Assembly: GCA_038087875.1 (NCBI GenBank)
Contig: CM075998.1
Location: 3,846,001 to 3,910,000 of the forward strand
Source: Malacoraja senta
Lineage: Eukaryota
Length of the DNA: 64,000 bases
Direction: 5' to 3'
Shown here: positions 35,851 to 49,708 of the stretch, one piece after another
Layout of the letters: the number at the start of each line of letters is the position of its first letter
Numbering within the stretch: the first letter of the stretch is position 1
The notes under the pieces: model-generated
Told to the model about the DNA's origin: nothing
What the model saw: the letters and a program-made list of their open reading frames with translations, nothing else
The model's database searches: none
Position numbers and translations under genes: made by a program

Positions 35851-38800
35851 CTGGTGTATTGTGTGCAGTTTTGGTCCCCTAATTTGAGGAAGGACATTCT
35901 TGCTATTGAGGGAGTGCAGCGTAGGTTTACAAGGTTAATTCCCGGGATGGCGGGACTGTCATATGCTGAGAGAATGGAGCAGCTGGGCTTGTACACTCTG
36001 GAGTTTAGAAGGATGAGAGGGCATCCAGGGATATTCAATATTCAGGAGGGATAGAGAGAAAGGAAAAGGAGGTGGGGTAGCGTTGCTGGTTAGAGAGGAG
36101 ATTAACGCAGTGGAAAGGAAGGACATTAGCTTGGAGGATGTGGAATCGGTATGGGTAGAGCTGCGAAACACTAAGGGGCAGAAAACGCTGGTGGGTGTTG
36201 TGTACAGGCCACCTAGCAGTAGTAGTGAAGTTGGGGATGGCATCAAACTGGAAATTAGAAATGCGTGCAACAAAGGCAAAACAGGAAATTAGAAATGCGT
36301 GCAACAAAGGCAAAACAGTTATAATGGGTGACTTCAATCTACATATAGATTGGGTGAATCAAATTGGCAGGGGTGCTGAGGAAGAGGATTTCTTGGAATG
36401 TATGAGGGATAGTTATCTAAACCAACATGTAGAGGAACCAACGAGAGAGCAGGCTATTCTAGACTGGGTATTGAGTAATGAGGAAGGGTTAGTTAGCAGA
36501 CTTGTTGTGCGTGCCCCTTGGGCAAGAGTGACCATAATATGGTTGAGTTCTTCATTAGGATGGAGAGTGACATTGTTAATTCAGAAACAACGGTTCTGAA
36601 CTTAAAGAAAGGTAACTTTGAGGGTATGAGACGTGAATTGGCCAAGATTGACTGGCAATTAGTTCTAAAAGGGTTGACGGTGGATATGCAATGGAAGGCA
36701 TTTAAAGACTGCATGGATGAACTACAAAAATTGTTCATCCCAGTTTGGCAAAAGAATAAATCAGGGAAGGTAGTGCATCCGTGGATAACAAGGGAAATCA
36801 GGGATAGTATCAAAGCAAAGATGATGCGTACAAATTAGCCAGAAAAAGCAGCATACCAGAGGACTGGGAGAAATTCAGAGACCAGCAGAGGAGGACAAAG
36901 AGCTTAATTAGGAAAGGGAAAATAGATTATGAAAGGAAACTGGCAGGGAACATAAAAACTGACTGCAAACGTTTTTATAGATATGTGAAGAGAAAGAGAT
37001 TAGTTAAAACAAATGTAGGTCCCTTGCAGTCAGAAACAGGTGAATTGATCATGGGGAACAAGGATATGGTGGACCAATTGAATAACTACTTTGGTTCCGT
37101 CTTCACTAAGGAAGACATAAATAATCTGCCGGAAATAGCAGGGGGCCGCGGGTCAAAGGAGATGGAGGAACTGAGTGAAATCCAGGTTAGTCGGGAAGTG
37201 GTGTTGGGTAAATTGAATGGATTAAAGGCCGATAAATCACCAGGGCCAGATAGGCTGCATCCCAGAGTACTTAAGGAAGTAGCTCCAGAAATAGTGGATG
37301 CATTAGTGATAATTTTTCAAAACTCTTTAGATTCTGGAGTAGTTCCTGAGGATTGGAGGGTAGCAAACGTAACCCCACTTTTTAAGAAGGGAGGGAGAGA
37401 GAAAACGGGGAATTACAGACCAGTTAGTCTAACATCGGTAGTGGGAAAACTGCTAGAGTCAGTTATTAAAGATGAGATAGCAGCACATTTGGAAAGTGGT
37501 GAAATCATTGGACAAAGTCAGCATGGATTTACGAAAGGTAAATTGTGTCTGACGAATCTTATAGAATTTTTCGAGGATGTAACTAGTAGAGTGGATAGGG
37601 GAGAACCAGTGGATGTGTTGTATCTGGACTTTCAGAAGGCTTTCGACAAGGTACCACATAAGAGATTAGGATACAAACTTAAATCACACGGTATTGGGGG
37701 TTCAGTATTGATGTGGATAGAGAACTGGCTGGCAAACAGGAAGCAAAGAGTAGGAGTAAACGGGTCCTTTTCACAATGGCAGGCAGTGACTAGTGGGGTA
37801 CCGCAAGGCTCAGTGCTGGGACCCCAGCTATTTACAATTTATATTAACGATCTGGACGAGGGAATTGAAATGAACATCTCCAAGTTTGCGGATGACACTA
37901 AGCTGGGGGGCAGTGTTAGCTGTGAGGAGGATGCTAGGAGACTGCAAGGTGACTTGGATAGGCTGGGTGAGTGGGCAAATGTTTGGCAGATGCAGTATAA
38001 TGTGGATAAATGTGAGGTTATCCACTTTGGTGGCAAAAACGGGAAGGCAGACTATTATCTAAATGGTGGCCGATTAGGAAATGGGGAGATGCAGCGAGAC
38101 CTGGGTGTCATGGTACACCAGTCATTGAAAGTAGGCATGCAGGTGCAGCAGGCAGTGAAGAAAGCGAATGGTATGTTGGCCTTCATAGCAAGAGGATTTG
38201 AGTATAGGAGCAGGGAGGTTCTACTGCAGTTGTACAGGGTCTTGGTGAGACCACACCTGGAGTATTGCGTACAGTTTTGGTCTCCAAATCTGAGGAAGGA
38301 CATTATAGCCATAGAGGGAGTGCAGAGAAGGTTCACCAGACTGATTCCTGGGATGTCAGGACTTTCATATGAAGAAAGACTGGATAGACTTGGCTTATAC
38401 TCGCTAGAATTTAGGAGATTGAGAGGGGATCTTATAGAAACGTACAAAATTCTTATGGGGTTGGACAGGCTAGATGCAGGAAGATTGTTCCCGATGTTGG
38501 GGAAGTCCAGGACAAGGGGTCACAGCTTAAGGATAAGGGGGAAATCCTTTAAGACCGAGATGAGGAAAAACTTTTTCACACAGAGAGTGGTGAATCTCTG
38601 GAACTCTCTGCCACAGAGGGTAGTTGAGGCCAGTTCATTGGCTATATTTAAGAGGGAGTTAGATGTGGCCCTTGTGGCTAAAGGGATCAGGGGGTATGGA
38701 GAGAAGGCAGGTACGGGATACTGAGTTGGATGATCAGCCATGATCATATTGAATGGCGGTGCAGGCTCGAAGGGCCGAATGGCCTACTCCTGCACCTATT

Positions 38801-39190
38801 TTCTATGTATCTATCTCATTGAAACATATATGATTGTTAAGGGTTTGGACACGCTAGAGGCAGGAAACATGTTCCCGATGTTGGGGGAGTCCAGAACCAG
38901 GGGCCACAGTTTAAGAATAAATGGTAAGCCATTTAGAACGGAGATGAGGAACCACTTTTTCTCACAGAGAGTTGTGAGTCTGTGGAATTCTCTGCCTCGG
39001 GTGGAGGCAGGTTCTCTGGATGCATTCAAGAGAGAGCTAGATAGGGCTCTTAAAGATAGCGGAGTCAGGGGATATGGGGAGAAGGCAGGAACGGGGTACT
39101 GATTGGGGATGATCAGCCATGATCACATTGAATGGCGGTGCTGGCTCGAAGGGCCGAATGGCCTACTCCTGCACCTATTGTCTATTGTCC
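35851..39190 (+). mobile_element. Outer CR1 3' fragment split into 35851-36021 and 38812-39190
   Basis: ...LEFRRMRG| resumes as |YLIETYMIVKGLDTLEAGNMFP, the same family as 26747-27300. Confidence 0.88.
36022..38811 (+). mobile_element. Inner young CR1 LINE with an uninterrupted 579-aa RT reading frame (36985-38724)
   Basis: Encodes NYRPVSLTS, YLDFQKAFDKVPH, GVPQGSVLGP and KFADD. 5'-truncated within the endonuclease. Upstream frameshifts include a 34-bp tandem duplication at 36250-36317. Confidence 0.96.
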
Positions 39191-39374
39191 ATTAAGAAAA
39201 GATTCCATAATAGTGTTCTAAACGCTGAAAGAATTTGATGCAGAAATTGAGAAGGAACAGTTTGCTTTGTCAGAAAGGTTGGTAAATCGAAGACACAGAT
39301 TAAAAATAAATGGCAAAAGTACCAGGGAGTAGATGAGTACATTCTTTATAATGAATTCTTGTGATCTGAAGTAG

Positions 39375-40090
39375 ATGTGGAGACGATGTTTCCACTGGTA
39401 GGAGAGTCTGGGACCAGAGGTCATATCCTCAGAGTTGAAGGACGTTCCTTTAGGAAGGAGATGAGGAGGAATTTATTTTGTCAGAGTGTGGTGAATCTGT
39501 GGAATTCATTGCCACAGAAGGTTGTGGAGGCCAAGTCAATGAATATTTTTAAGGCAGCGATAGATAGTACGGGTGTCACGGGTTATGGTGAGAAGGCAGG
39601 AGAATGGGGTTAGGAGGGAGAGATAGATCAGCCATGATTGAATGGCAGAGTAGACTTGATGGGCCGAATGGCCTAAATCTGATCCTATGACCTTATGAGC
39701 GCAGGAGAATGAGGGGTGATCTTATAGAGGTGTATAAAATCATGAGAGGAATAGATTGGGTAGATGCACAGAGTCTCTTGCCCACAGTAGGGGAATCGAG
39801 GACCAGAGGACATAGGTTCAAGGTGAAGGGGGAAACATTTAATAGGAATCAGAGGGGTAACTTTTTCACACAAAGGGTGGTGGGGGTATGGAACAAGCTG
39901 CCAGAGGAGGTAGTTGAGGCAGAGGCTATTGCAACGTTTTAATAAATTATTTGACAGGTCCATGGATAGGGCAGATTTAGAGGGATATGGGCCAAGTGCA
40001 GGCAGGTGGGACTAGTATAGATGGGACATGTTGGCCGGTGTGGGCAAGTTGGGCCGAAGGGCCTGTTTCCAAGCTGTGTCACTCTATGAT
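39375..40090 (+). mobile_element. Two adjacent CR1-clade 3' fragments
   Basis: ORFs 39377-39613 and 39709-39942, each followed by its family tail. Confidence 0.85.
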
Positions 40091-40254
40091 GAAAAATCAC
40101 TTTGGGGGGGGGGTGCCAACAAATGTCAAAGTATGCTCCATCTTGTGGGAAAACTGGTGGAGAGGGGAAAAAAAGGGTCTGCCTTTCACCTCCTTGTGAG
40201 AAGAGTAGTCTATCATTGAAGAAAATGTTTGAATTGGAGAAGAGCCCCTTCCTG

Positions 40255-40683
40255 AAGCGTCGAGTAGCCCGCCTTCTGCCCGGCGCTGATTGGTGGACTC
40301 TCGAGCGGTGTCACATAGAAACAGGGAGGCCCGGTGTTGATTGGGCGGCAGGAGTTGGTTGACGGGGTGAACAGCCAGTGAGGAGGCAGAGTCTCCCGCT
40401 GACGGAGCAGCGACGCCATCTTCGATGGGCGGGCTGGAGCGCGAGCGCGGGTCGTGTTGTCCGCGACCCAGCCTCAGCGGGACGGCATCCTCGTCCTCCG
40501 CCTCTCCTCTATGGCGTTCTTTTCAATCCATACGCGCGTGTTTTATCCACTGTAAAGCACCGTTAAAGCGGTTTAATTATTTTTGTCGTGGGGCGACCCG
40601 TTTCTCTGCCTGGATCACATCTCTCTGACTGAAGCCCGGGATCACATCTATCATCTTGATTACGGACTGTATTGACCGCGGCA
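40255..40683 (+). promoter_or_regulatory. CpG-island promoter and 5' UTR of TFCP2
   Basis: CpG-rich island in CpG-poor surroundings, directly upstream of the ATG. Inverted CCAAT boxes (ATTGG at 40289 and 40340), GC box GGGCGG at 40343, YY1-type CGCCATCTT at 40414-40422. Confidence 0.8.
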
Positions 40684-40805
40684 ATGGCCTGGGCGCTAAA
40701 GATGCCGATGCCGGACGAGGTTATTGAATCCGGCCTGGTGCAAGATTTCGACGCCAGTTTGTCTGGAATCGGCCAGGAGTTAGGGGCAGGAGCCTACAGT
40801 ATGAG
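40684..40805 (+). CDS. TFCP2: TFCP2 (CP2/LSF) coding exon 1 (122 bp)
   Basis: Encodes [40 protein letters not shown](S). Good Kozak context gcaATGG; donor AG|gtattt. The N-terminus fits TFCP2 better than UBP1 or TFCP2L1. Confidence 0.95.
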
Positions 40806-41519
40806 GTATTTTGTTTTTAAATCGCGTGTACGAAGTAGTGTTACAATAACAAGCGTGGCATCCGCGAGCTGCTGCTCATGGATGTAATGTGTTGGTACAA
40901 CAACTCATGGCCATGTTCTCTAAACCTATTGAAACTTCAAAGCATGTCGCTCAGATATGGTGACTTAGCCTGAAGTATCTTGATGTACGGTGGTTTTTAA
41001 GTGTTGAATTTGTTGTCCCGTCCCACATCCTCCTCTTCTAATATATCTTGCGTAGTATGACATGTGGCATTTTTCTGCATTAAAGTTACTTTTAAATGTA
41101 GATTGAGTTACTATTTTGTATGGTAATGGACTAAGCAAACCAGGCAACTTTTAGATTCTATTACTGTACTGGCCAGAACTGAATTAAGTGATTTTTGGCG
41201 AGGGCTAAGTATTGTAATTAGTTTTATTGGTGTTGGGCAAGAGAGGAATGGTCTTGTTCCAGACCATGTCAACACCTTTTGTAGGTGGAAGGGAAATGTC
41301 TTGTGTCTTTCAGTTGTACCTGTATGTGTTTTCCTCTTTCACGGTTGATAACATTCATTCCAAAACTTGCTTTACAAGTTTGCTTATTAACAATTGCCAC
41401 ATGGGGGAGGTATCAGGGACCTTGCATCAGTATAAATTGACGTATTGTTGATGAGGGTGTAATTTGCTAGGTTCCTTATATGGACCTTTATATTATCCTT
41501 GTAGGATAATAATAACAAA

Positions 41520-42670
41520 AGAAGCATGAGTTAACAAATTGGTTCATCTAGGCTGTTCTGCCATTTAATAAGGTCTTTGCTGATTCAATCTTGGCGTCAA
41601 CATTACATTTGTGTTACTTTCCCCATGCTCCTTGAGTCCCTTGTTTAAATGATTGTCACTCGAATAGTGGCCAGGCTGCCTCCACAATGCGCTGGAGTAG
41701 AGAATTCTCAAGATCCACAGCCTGAAGTAGGCAACCTGTTATTTTGAAATGATGCCCCTAGTTCTAAATACCCGGAAGCATCCTAGGTCAAACGCCTTCA
41801 GAATCTTATGTTTCCATAAGATTCTTTTTCATTTTTCCATACTCCAATAAGCACAGGGCCCAATCTTCAACCTTTTTCCCAACATCAACCTGTTCATCCC
41901 AGGAATCAACTGAGTGAACCTTGCCTCCATTGCAAGAAATCCTTTCATAAATATGGGGAAGCTGCACTGGCAGTCTCATCAGTGCTCCCTAAAAGTTGTA
42001 TCAAAACCTCTGCTTTGATACCCCATACTCTTGTATTCAAGGCCAGTCTTTCTAATTACTTCCTGTACCCGTATACTACCTTGTTATGTTTCAAGTAAAA
42101 GGAGCCTGTTCATGCCATAATGTTTTGAAATCTCGCTCCATATTTGCTTTTTATCTTTCATTCCAAAGTGAATAACTTCATGTTATACTGCATCTGTCAA
42201 CTTCCTGCCTAGTCACTTTACCTATCTATATCCCATTACAGACTCTTTGTATCGTCTTCACAGCTTGCTCACACACCTATTTTTATATCATCGGTGAATT
42301 TGCTGTAGTATATTTGGTTCCTTCATCCAAGTTATTAAAATGGATTGTTAAATAATTGAGGACCCAGCACTGATCCCTGTTGTACTTTTCTGGTTATTGA
42401 TTGTCAATGTGAAAATGGCTCATTTATTCCAACTGTTTTTCATTTGTTCGACAGTCCCTTCCTTATCTTTGTCAGTATATTATCCCGAGCCCCACATGCT
42501 CTGTGAAGTAAGCCTTTAGGCGGTACCTTATTAAATACACTACATCTACTGTTAACTTATATCCAACCCCAAAGAATACTCGCAAATTTGTCAAGCATAT
42601 TTCCCTTTTATAAAACCCTGTTGACTCTCCTTGATCGTCTTATGATTTCCTAAGTGTTCTGAGTTTAACT
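41520..42670 (-). mobile_element. Old, decayed CR1 fragment
   Basis: Degenerate colinear similarity to 26760-28060 (for example cccagcactgatccctg and gtcaagcatatttcccttt). Confidence 0.65.
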
Positions 42671-42677
42671 CTGAATA

Positions 42678-43110
42678 GATTGGTGGCAAAAACAAGGGGG
42701 AAGATTATTATCTCAGTGGGGTTAGGTTAGGTAAGGGAGAGGTACAGCAAAACCTGGGTGTCCTTGTACACCAGTCACTGAAAGTTGGCTTACAGGTACA
42801 GCAGGCAGTGAAGAAAGCTAATGCAATGTTGGCCTTCACAACAAGAGGATTTCAGTATAGGAGTAAAGAGGTTCTTCTGCAGTTGTATAGGGCTCTGGTA
42901 AGACCACATCTGGAGTATTGTGTACAGTTTTGGTCTCCTAATTTGAGGAAGGACATCCTTGTGATTGAGGCAGTGCAGCGTAGGTTCACGAGATTGATCC
43001 CTGGGATGGCGGGACTGTCATATGAGGAAAGATTGAAAAGATTAGGATTGTATTCACTGGAGTTTAGAAGGGCCAAATGGCCTCCTCCTGCACCTATTTT
43101 CTATGTTTCT
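42678..43110 (+). mobile_element. CR1 fragment with internal deletion
   Basis: Encodes KKANAMLAF...LVRPHLEYCVQFWSP...LEFRR joined directly to the tail. Confidence 0.88.
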
Positions 43111-46100
43111 ATTCCAGCATTTTTATAAATACGGATGTTTGGCTAACGGGCCCATAAGTTTATGTTTACTCCCTTCCTTCTTAAACTGGTGTTACATTTG
43201 TGATTCTAATCCTACGGGACCTCGCCAGGATCAATTTTTTTTTGTAAATTTAACCAACACAATTTTCCAGCTAATTCCACCAAGACCCTAGTATGTAGCC
43301 CTAGGGAACTTGTCAGACCCATTAGTTTGTCTAGAACTTTTTCTTGTAATAGAGATCATTTTAATTTACTCCCTGTATTTTACAATTGGGATGTTTTTAA
43401 TGTTCTACCCTAAAGACTGATCAAAAAATATTTATAATCTCTGTAGCTTCTCTAGGTCTTGGCTTAATTTCATTTTCAGACCTTTTTAGCCACTTTTTAT
43501 ATACCTGTCGAAACATTTATTTTTTGTTTTTATATTATTGGTTTGTTTTTATATTATTTGTTCTCGAACTTGATCTTCCTCCAGTGTATTTTTTAATCAT
43601 CCTTTCTCAAAATACGCAGTCCTTTGGCCAACTACTAATCCTCACAATGTTGTACTACAGAGAAAAATGCATTTATATTCCTGTTTAAACGACTTTGGAA
43701 TGATGAATGTGAATTTTGCATTGGACCAAATTCCATTGTCTATACGAATGTGCTCTAGATTTTAGTTTTCATTCTCCAAATACAGCAGTTTTAATGTACC
43801 CAATTGGCAGACCAATTTCCCTCTGGGGATGAATAAAGTTTATCGTATCGTAGCAGCATAGACTGCTAAACTAATTTTATTCCTGTTTTGACACAAGATG
43901 TTGGAGTAACTCAGTGGATCAGGCAACATCTCTGGAGAAAAATGATAGGTGACATTTCTAGTCGGGACCCTTCTTCAGACCTGACCTGAAACGTCACCCA
44001 TCCTTTTTCTCCAGAGATGCTGCCTGACTCATTGAGTTACTCCAGCACTTTGTGCCTATCGTCGGTAAAAACTAGCATCTGCTGCTCCCTGCTTCTACCT
44101 TTTTAATGTATAACTTGGTTTATACAGAAATATATTTAGTTTCCAATTTATCAAAATTAAAATTGTATACCAATTTTGTTGATGCTGAACAGATCTCTTA
44201 TCTCAGAAATGGAATAAATGATATTTCATTATTAATGATTTAACCAAAATATTGTTTATTATATGAGTGAGTTCAGCAACACTCGTGCATAAATTGTCAT
44301 CTAAATGTGTTTATGACTGGATATAATAGAAAATTTCATTTTCTTAATCTTGAGCTCTCCAACTTGACCGTGGGCATTTTTATTGCCATGTTTTTCTATA
44401 CTTTCCCTTGGTGGCCATTGTATTTGCCCAAACCTGCAACAATTAACTGTTTTACAAATTAACATATAGGTTGAGTGGGTTTTGAGTTGTATTGAAAAAT
44501 GCTTTGTAGCATTTTGAAGTTTCTAAATGCATTTCCATAACACGTAATTTAGAAGTTGCCGAAGTAACTAGACCTATCTTTGCAGGTCAAGCCTCTGTTA
44601 TATGAGTTGGTAAGATGTTAATGTTGCTGACTCTTAGCAAGTGCCCCTGTCAGTAGCTGCCAAATAAACCAGAGCCATTTGCAAAACCTCAAAGGCCTCT
44701 TTCCTCTGGGGATGCTGCTAATTGTGGGACCCAGTGAAATCCAAAATAAAGATCACCATCCTTACTAACCTTCACTGTATAGGTGTTCAAAATTGCTGGA
44801 CATTAGCGGTATGTATTCATTTCCAAAACCTATAAACTGGTGATAAACTATTTTCCTACCTGATGCTTTGTTGTAAATTATATGTATATAATTGCCCTTT
44901 TCCTCGAATGAGTTGTTTCGTTTTCAATATCTGATTTTAAATGTAAATTATGTTTTGAATAGTAATGATTTTGAATGGCTAAAAAACTAGGTAGTGTTCA
45001 TCTGGCAGAATGGACAACAAATTATAACAGTCTCAAGTTGTAGAGATGGAAGAAGTAACACAGTAAATAACAGCAAGATCCAATGATAGTGATTGAGATG
45101 GCAAATAACTCATTTAGTTTATGATCTGCTGCATTATTAGTTGTATCCACCAAATGCAGGTTTTGGTATTTTGATGACTGTTGAGCTGGGATAGTTGTAT
45201 AGCTTAAAAAAGAGTTCTGATATTTGGGTTTTGTTGTTAGTCTATTATTATCACTGTGCAAGATACAGTGACAAACTTTGATTGCGTGCTATCCAGTCAA
45301 ATCATACTGTACATAAATACAATAAGCATACAAGTTGGAGAGGGTGAATGCCACAGCCCTGTCCCAAACCAGTTCTGGTCAAGCATCAGTTGACATTTAA
45401 AGTAGGTTGATCTATTAGATCATCTGATTATTATATTTTGAGAAAAATAGAATAATGAGGAAAACCATTTCACTGCTTGAAAATGCCCAATGTAATTTAT
45501 TTACTGCTGTTGTATCTCATGAAGTGGCTATGGGTAAGGGGTCAGAGAGGAAGGGGAGATAATTCTATTTTCAGTTTCCAAGTATACTACAACCTATTCA
45601 TTCAATCAGTAGCAGTCATGATAAACACAAAGTAATGTGCAAGCTCCTCATTTTCAGTTGGCACATCAGCAGTACAAGGTGATTATAATTTTCACAAATG
45701 TGAAGTAAACATTTCTTCAGTCTTCCCCCACTCTATCACTGTAAATGTCACTTAAAAGATTATGTAAGAAAAACTGGGGGGGGGGGGGGAAATATGATGC
45801 TCATTTCCTATCTACAAGTACCAAATGGAGGACAATTTATTATGCAGAGACTGAACAATGCACCTTCCTGGTTTTGACCTTCCAATCTACCTCAATGCAC
45901 TCTCCCTTGCCCTCTCACTCCTTGCAGTCTCTAATCTGCACATTTTCAGTAGCTGTGACAATGTATTTTGCATGGTATGATTGTAATCGTTCATGGATGA
46001 TTTACCTGGAGAGCATACAAAACAAAGTTTCTCACAGTTGGTAAAGGAGATGATAACAAATCAACGACTATTTCAAGTTATTATGTATCTCCCCACCCTT

Positions 46101-46914
46101 TCCTGGCTCAAATAAAGACTTTGCGATAAACTTTCAATTAAAAACCAGATAAATAATTCCCACTATACAATTTACAGTACATCTTTAGAAGATCAAATGT
46201 TCGCTGATAGTTCAAAACCATTCTCATAATACCTTGCCCCTCTCTCATGTTTGCACTGCTAGTGAAAAAAACAAGATTAATCTACATGAAATAACTGCAA
46301 AACCAGATCCAAATATACAAGTCCTTTGCCACTCAGTTGCACTCTTGGCACAAGCAGTTTAAAAATGTATCAGAGAGGCGTATTTTTCCCATCCACAGGT
46401 TTTTAAGAATGCAGTTTACTCTTGTGTTTGTTAAGATGGAAACTTGCTGTGAATGAGGATTTGGCGGAGTTGTGGAAAATTGACAGAAGTAACCCAAGGC
46501 ACAAAAGAAGCTTCGAGCAGGTCATGCAAAGAGCCAGGGAAATGGAACAAGATGGGAATTTGTTCAAAAGTATCCAGGGAAAGTTTGTCATCTTTTGCCT
46601 TAGCTTTTTCTTACTAAAACTACTAATGCTGTTGCTCTCAATCCAGTGCTGGAAAACCACTTCACTTGCCACCATGCCATTTGTTCCTGTGAGGGGAAAA
46701 AGAGGAAATAAATTATCATGGCTGTTGCTTTCACTGAGAGAAATGGCTGGAATCATGGAATACAGCAGATCATCTTGAATATAATACCAAAAAAAAAGAT
46801 TTAACTTGGCACTATAAATGTTTTATCTCTTGGTATGTGCATCTGTGGATAATGAAGTACCAACTGTCTTTTGATTCACCAGCTGATGTACCATAGATAT
46901 GTTAACAGAAGAAA

Positions 46915-47245
46915 TCACTACCTAATTACCACCAGCACATGTCCTGCATCATCAGAGGACCAAACACCCTCAACCACTGCTAGACCACCGTCGGAGATGC
47001 TTATCGCTCCATCCCTCACTTTGGGAAGTCCGTCAAGTTGGCTGTGCTGCTTCTTCGTGAATGTAGGCAGCGACTGAAGAAAGCACCCCCCCCCCCCACG
47101 TAGTGAGGGCTGCACAGAGCTAGTCAAGGGAGGCAGAAGAGCGACTCTGGGACTGCTTGGAGCCAGTAGATTGGGTGATGTTCAAGGACTCGGCGTGGAG
47201 GTGTATGTTCTCACAAAAACTGTCCGAGTGTCTCCCAGTCAACAA
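46915..47245 (+). mobile_element. Decayed Rex1/Babar-like endonuclease-end fragment
   Basis: Encodes PNYHQHMSCIIRGPNTLNHC and DCLEPVDWVMFKDSA, resembling Rex1 QHV.C.TRG..TLDHCY and CF...DW..F. Confidence 0.55.
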
Positions 47246-49235
47246 TAATATGGTTGACTGAATTTTCCCATGAATAATGGCAACCTTGAATACAGCATAA
47301 GGCAGTTATCAAGTTCATCGAATTATACTCTTGTGCTTTAAACAAAGACGTACAAGGCGTTGGTTTGCTTTCTTTAAAACGTAAGATTTTTTTTGTTTTT
47401 TAGTGTAAACAGAGCAAATAGCAAGGTGCTCATGTTTTCCTCTTGCAAAATCTTGTAGTGTTTGTAGCAAATCATCTGAGTTATTAGTATGCATAGCCAT
47501 GCCCAGGAGCAAAGGAGATCAGCAATTATTCTTGTAAGCAACCTTGTGCTTTTTACAAACTACCTTTATCTTATTACCTGTAGCAGGACCGAAGGTCCTT
47601 GCCACTGTGCACCCAGCTTACTGAAATATTTGTTGACATTTGATCTCAATTACTGTGTGGGGAAATGTAATCCAGCCCTAGCTTGGGCTATAAATCAAAT
47701 TTATTTAACCTTTAACGATTAGTACCCCCGATAGCAATTAGCAATGTTTTCAGAAATAAGCGCAGATACTACTTCAGTCACCTTTGTCATAAAATTGATC
47801 CTTGAAACGTTTGCTTGACTTGTATATGGTGTAACACTGCCACTGCTTCCGTTGCTAAATCCACCCTGCCTGGCTGTTTCTTGGCCTAAAATATATCATT
47901 CAAATTTCTTTAGATTCAGAAGTGTTGACCTGTTTGTTTAATCAAGGAGATTAAATTGAATAAAATGTCAAGAGTTGTTTCTTGGGAGTGACACATCTGG
48001 AATAACAGTTTTGCAATCTGGATGTTATGTCTATTCTCTGGTTATCTTTGTAATACCTATGTTCATTCTAATGTGCTCAGTGGCAGGCAGTTGGTAGCCA
48101 ACTAAAATAATCAATGCACAGCTGCTTTTTATGGGCTACTTCAAATCCTACTTCCTTTTCCTTGGTTTGTTGTTCCAGAATCTCTAGCTGTTCTCAGGGC
48201 TTCTTTCTATTGACGATGCTCACTTGTGTTCTGAACATTTTGTCCAGATTGTGTCTCTGGCCTGGCTCCAGTTCATTCAATGACCAGTTTTCCAGCTCCA
48301 ATGAAATCCATTTGTGGTGTTTGTGTGATTTTGAAGTGTGAGAGACTACTGTGATTTTCATTGTTTTTCTGAACCAAATCTGATTTGTTATATTGTCCAT
48401 AGAAATGGGCGAAGTTAATATCAATATTATAAGGCTACCAGTAGGATAGATAAATACTTTACTGTCACATGTTCAGTGAAGGTACAGTGAAATTCTTTCA
48501 GATGGCTGGTACAATTGAATGTAAACCTGAATGCAGTCCTGAATACAGTCTATTAAGTTGCTGAATTATTAAGCCTTTTTTAAATTGGGTCAGTGATTCT
48601 TGTTGGCTGCAACTTGCCATAGTAGAAATTTGGCAAGTCAGTTAACCAAGTGTAGGGTGTCTATATAAAGGACATGTAACATGGGCTATGTTCCCCTTAG
48701 GTTGGTTGGTCCCCTTGGGTTGATTGATCCCCTATGAGTAGGTTAACCTGTGATGAGTGTTTATCGGCACTGGGCCTGTACTTGCTGGAGTTTAGAAGAA
48801 TGAGGGGGGACCTAATTGAAACATACAGAACAGTGAAAGGCTTGGATAGAGTGAATGTGGAGAGGATGTTTCCACTAGTGTGAGAGTCTAGGACTAGAGG
48901 TCGTGGCCTCAGAAATAATGGACGTTCTTTTAGGAAGGAGTTGAGGAGAAATTTAATTAGTCAGAGGGTGGTGAATCTGTGGAATTCTTTGTATTTCTAG
49001 CAAATACAGAATGTATTTCTAGCATTTTATTTTAATTTCTCTGAACCTAGTAAGTGCACTACTTACGAGCGTAGTGCATTAGTACGTAACTACTAATGAA
49101 CTAGTAAGTAAACTACCCTAGTAAGTAGTGCACTAGGGTAATACCTAGTATTAAGTACTAAGTATTAATCTAGCAATAGATTAATAGATCTCTTAAAACT
49201 TTCATTATAGATCTATAATGATCCATAGATCCTTA

Positions 49236-49708
49236 TTGATCCCTGGGATAGCGGGACTGTCATATGAGGAAAGTTTGAAAAGACTAGGCTTATTTTCACT
49301 GGAGTTTAGAAGGATGAGGGGGGATCTTATAGAAACATATAAAATTATAAAAGGACTGGACAAGCTAGATGCAGGAAAAATGTTCCCAATGTTGGGCGAG
49401 TCCAGAACCAGGGGCCACAGTCTTAGAATAAAGGGGAGGCCATTTAAGACTGAGGTGAGAAAATACTTTTTCACCCAGAGAGTTGTGAATTTATGGAATT
49501 CCCTGCCACAGAGGGCAGTGGAGGCCAAATCACTGGATAGATTTAAGAGAGAGTTAGATAGAGCTCTAGGGGCTAGTGGGATCAAGGGATACGGGGAGAA
49601 GGCAGGCACGGGTTATTGATAGGGGACGATCAGCCATGATCACAATGAATGGTAGTGCTGGCTCGAAGGACCGACTGGCCTCCTCCTGCACCTATTTTCT
49701 ATGTTTCT
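49236..49708 (+). mobile_element. CR1 3' fragment
   Basis: Encodes LIPGIAGLSYEESLKRLGLFSLEFRRMRGDL...GYGEKAGTGY, followed by the tail. Confidence 0.92.
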
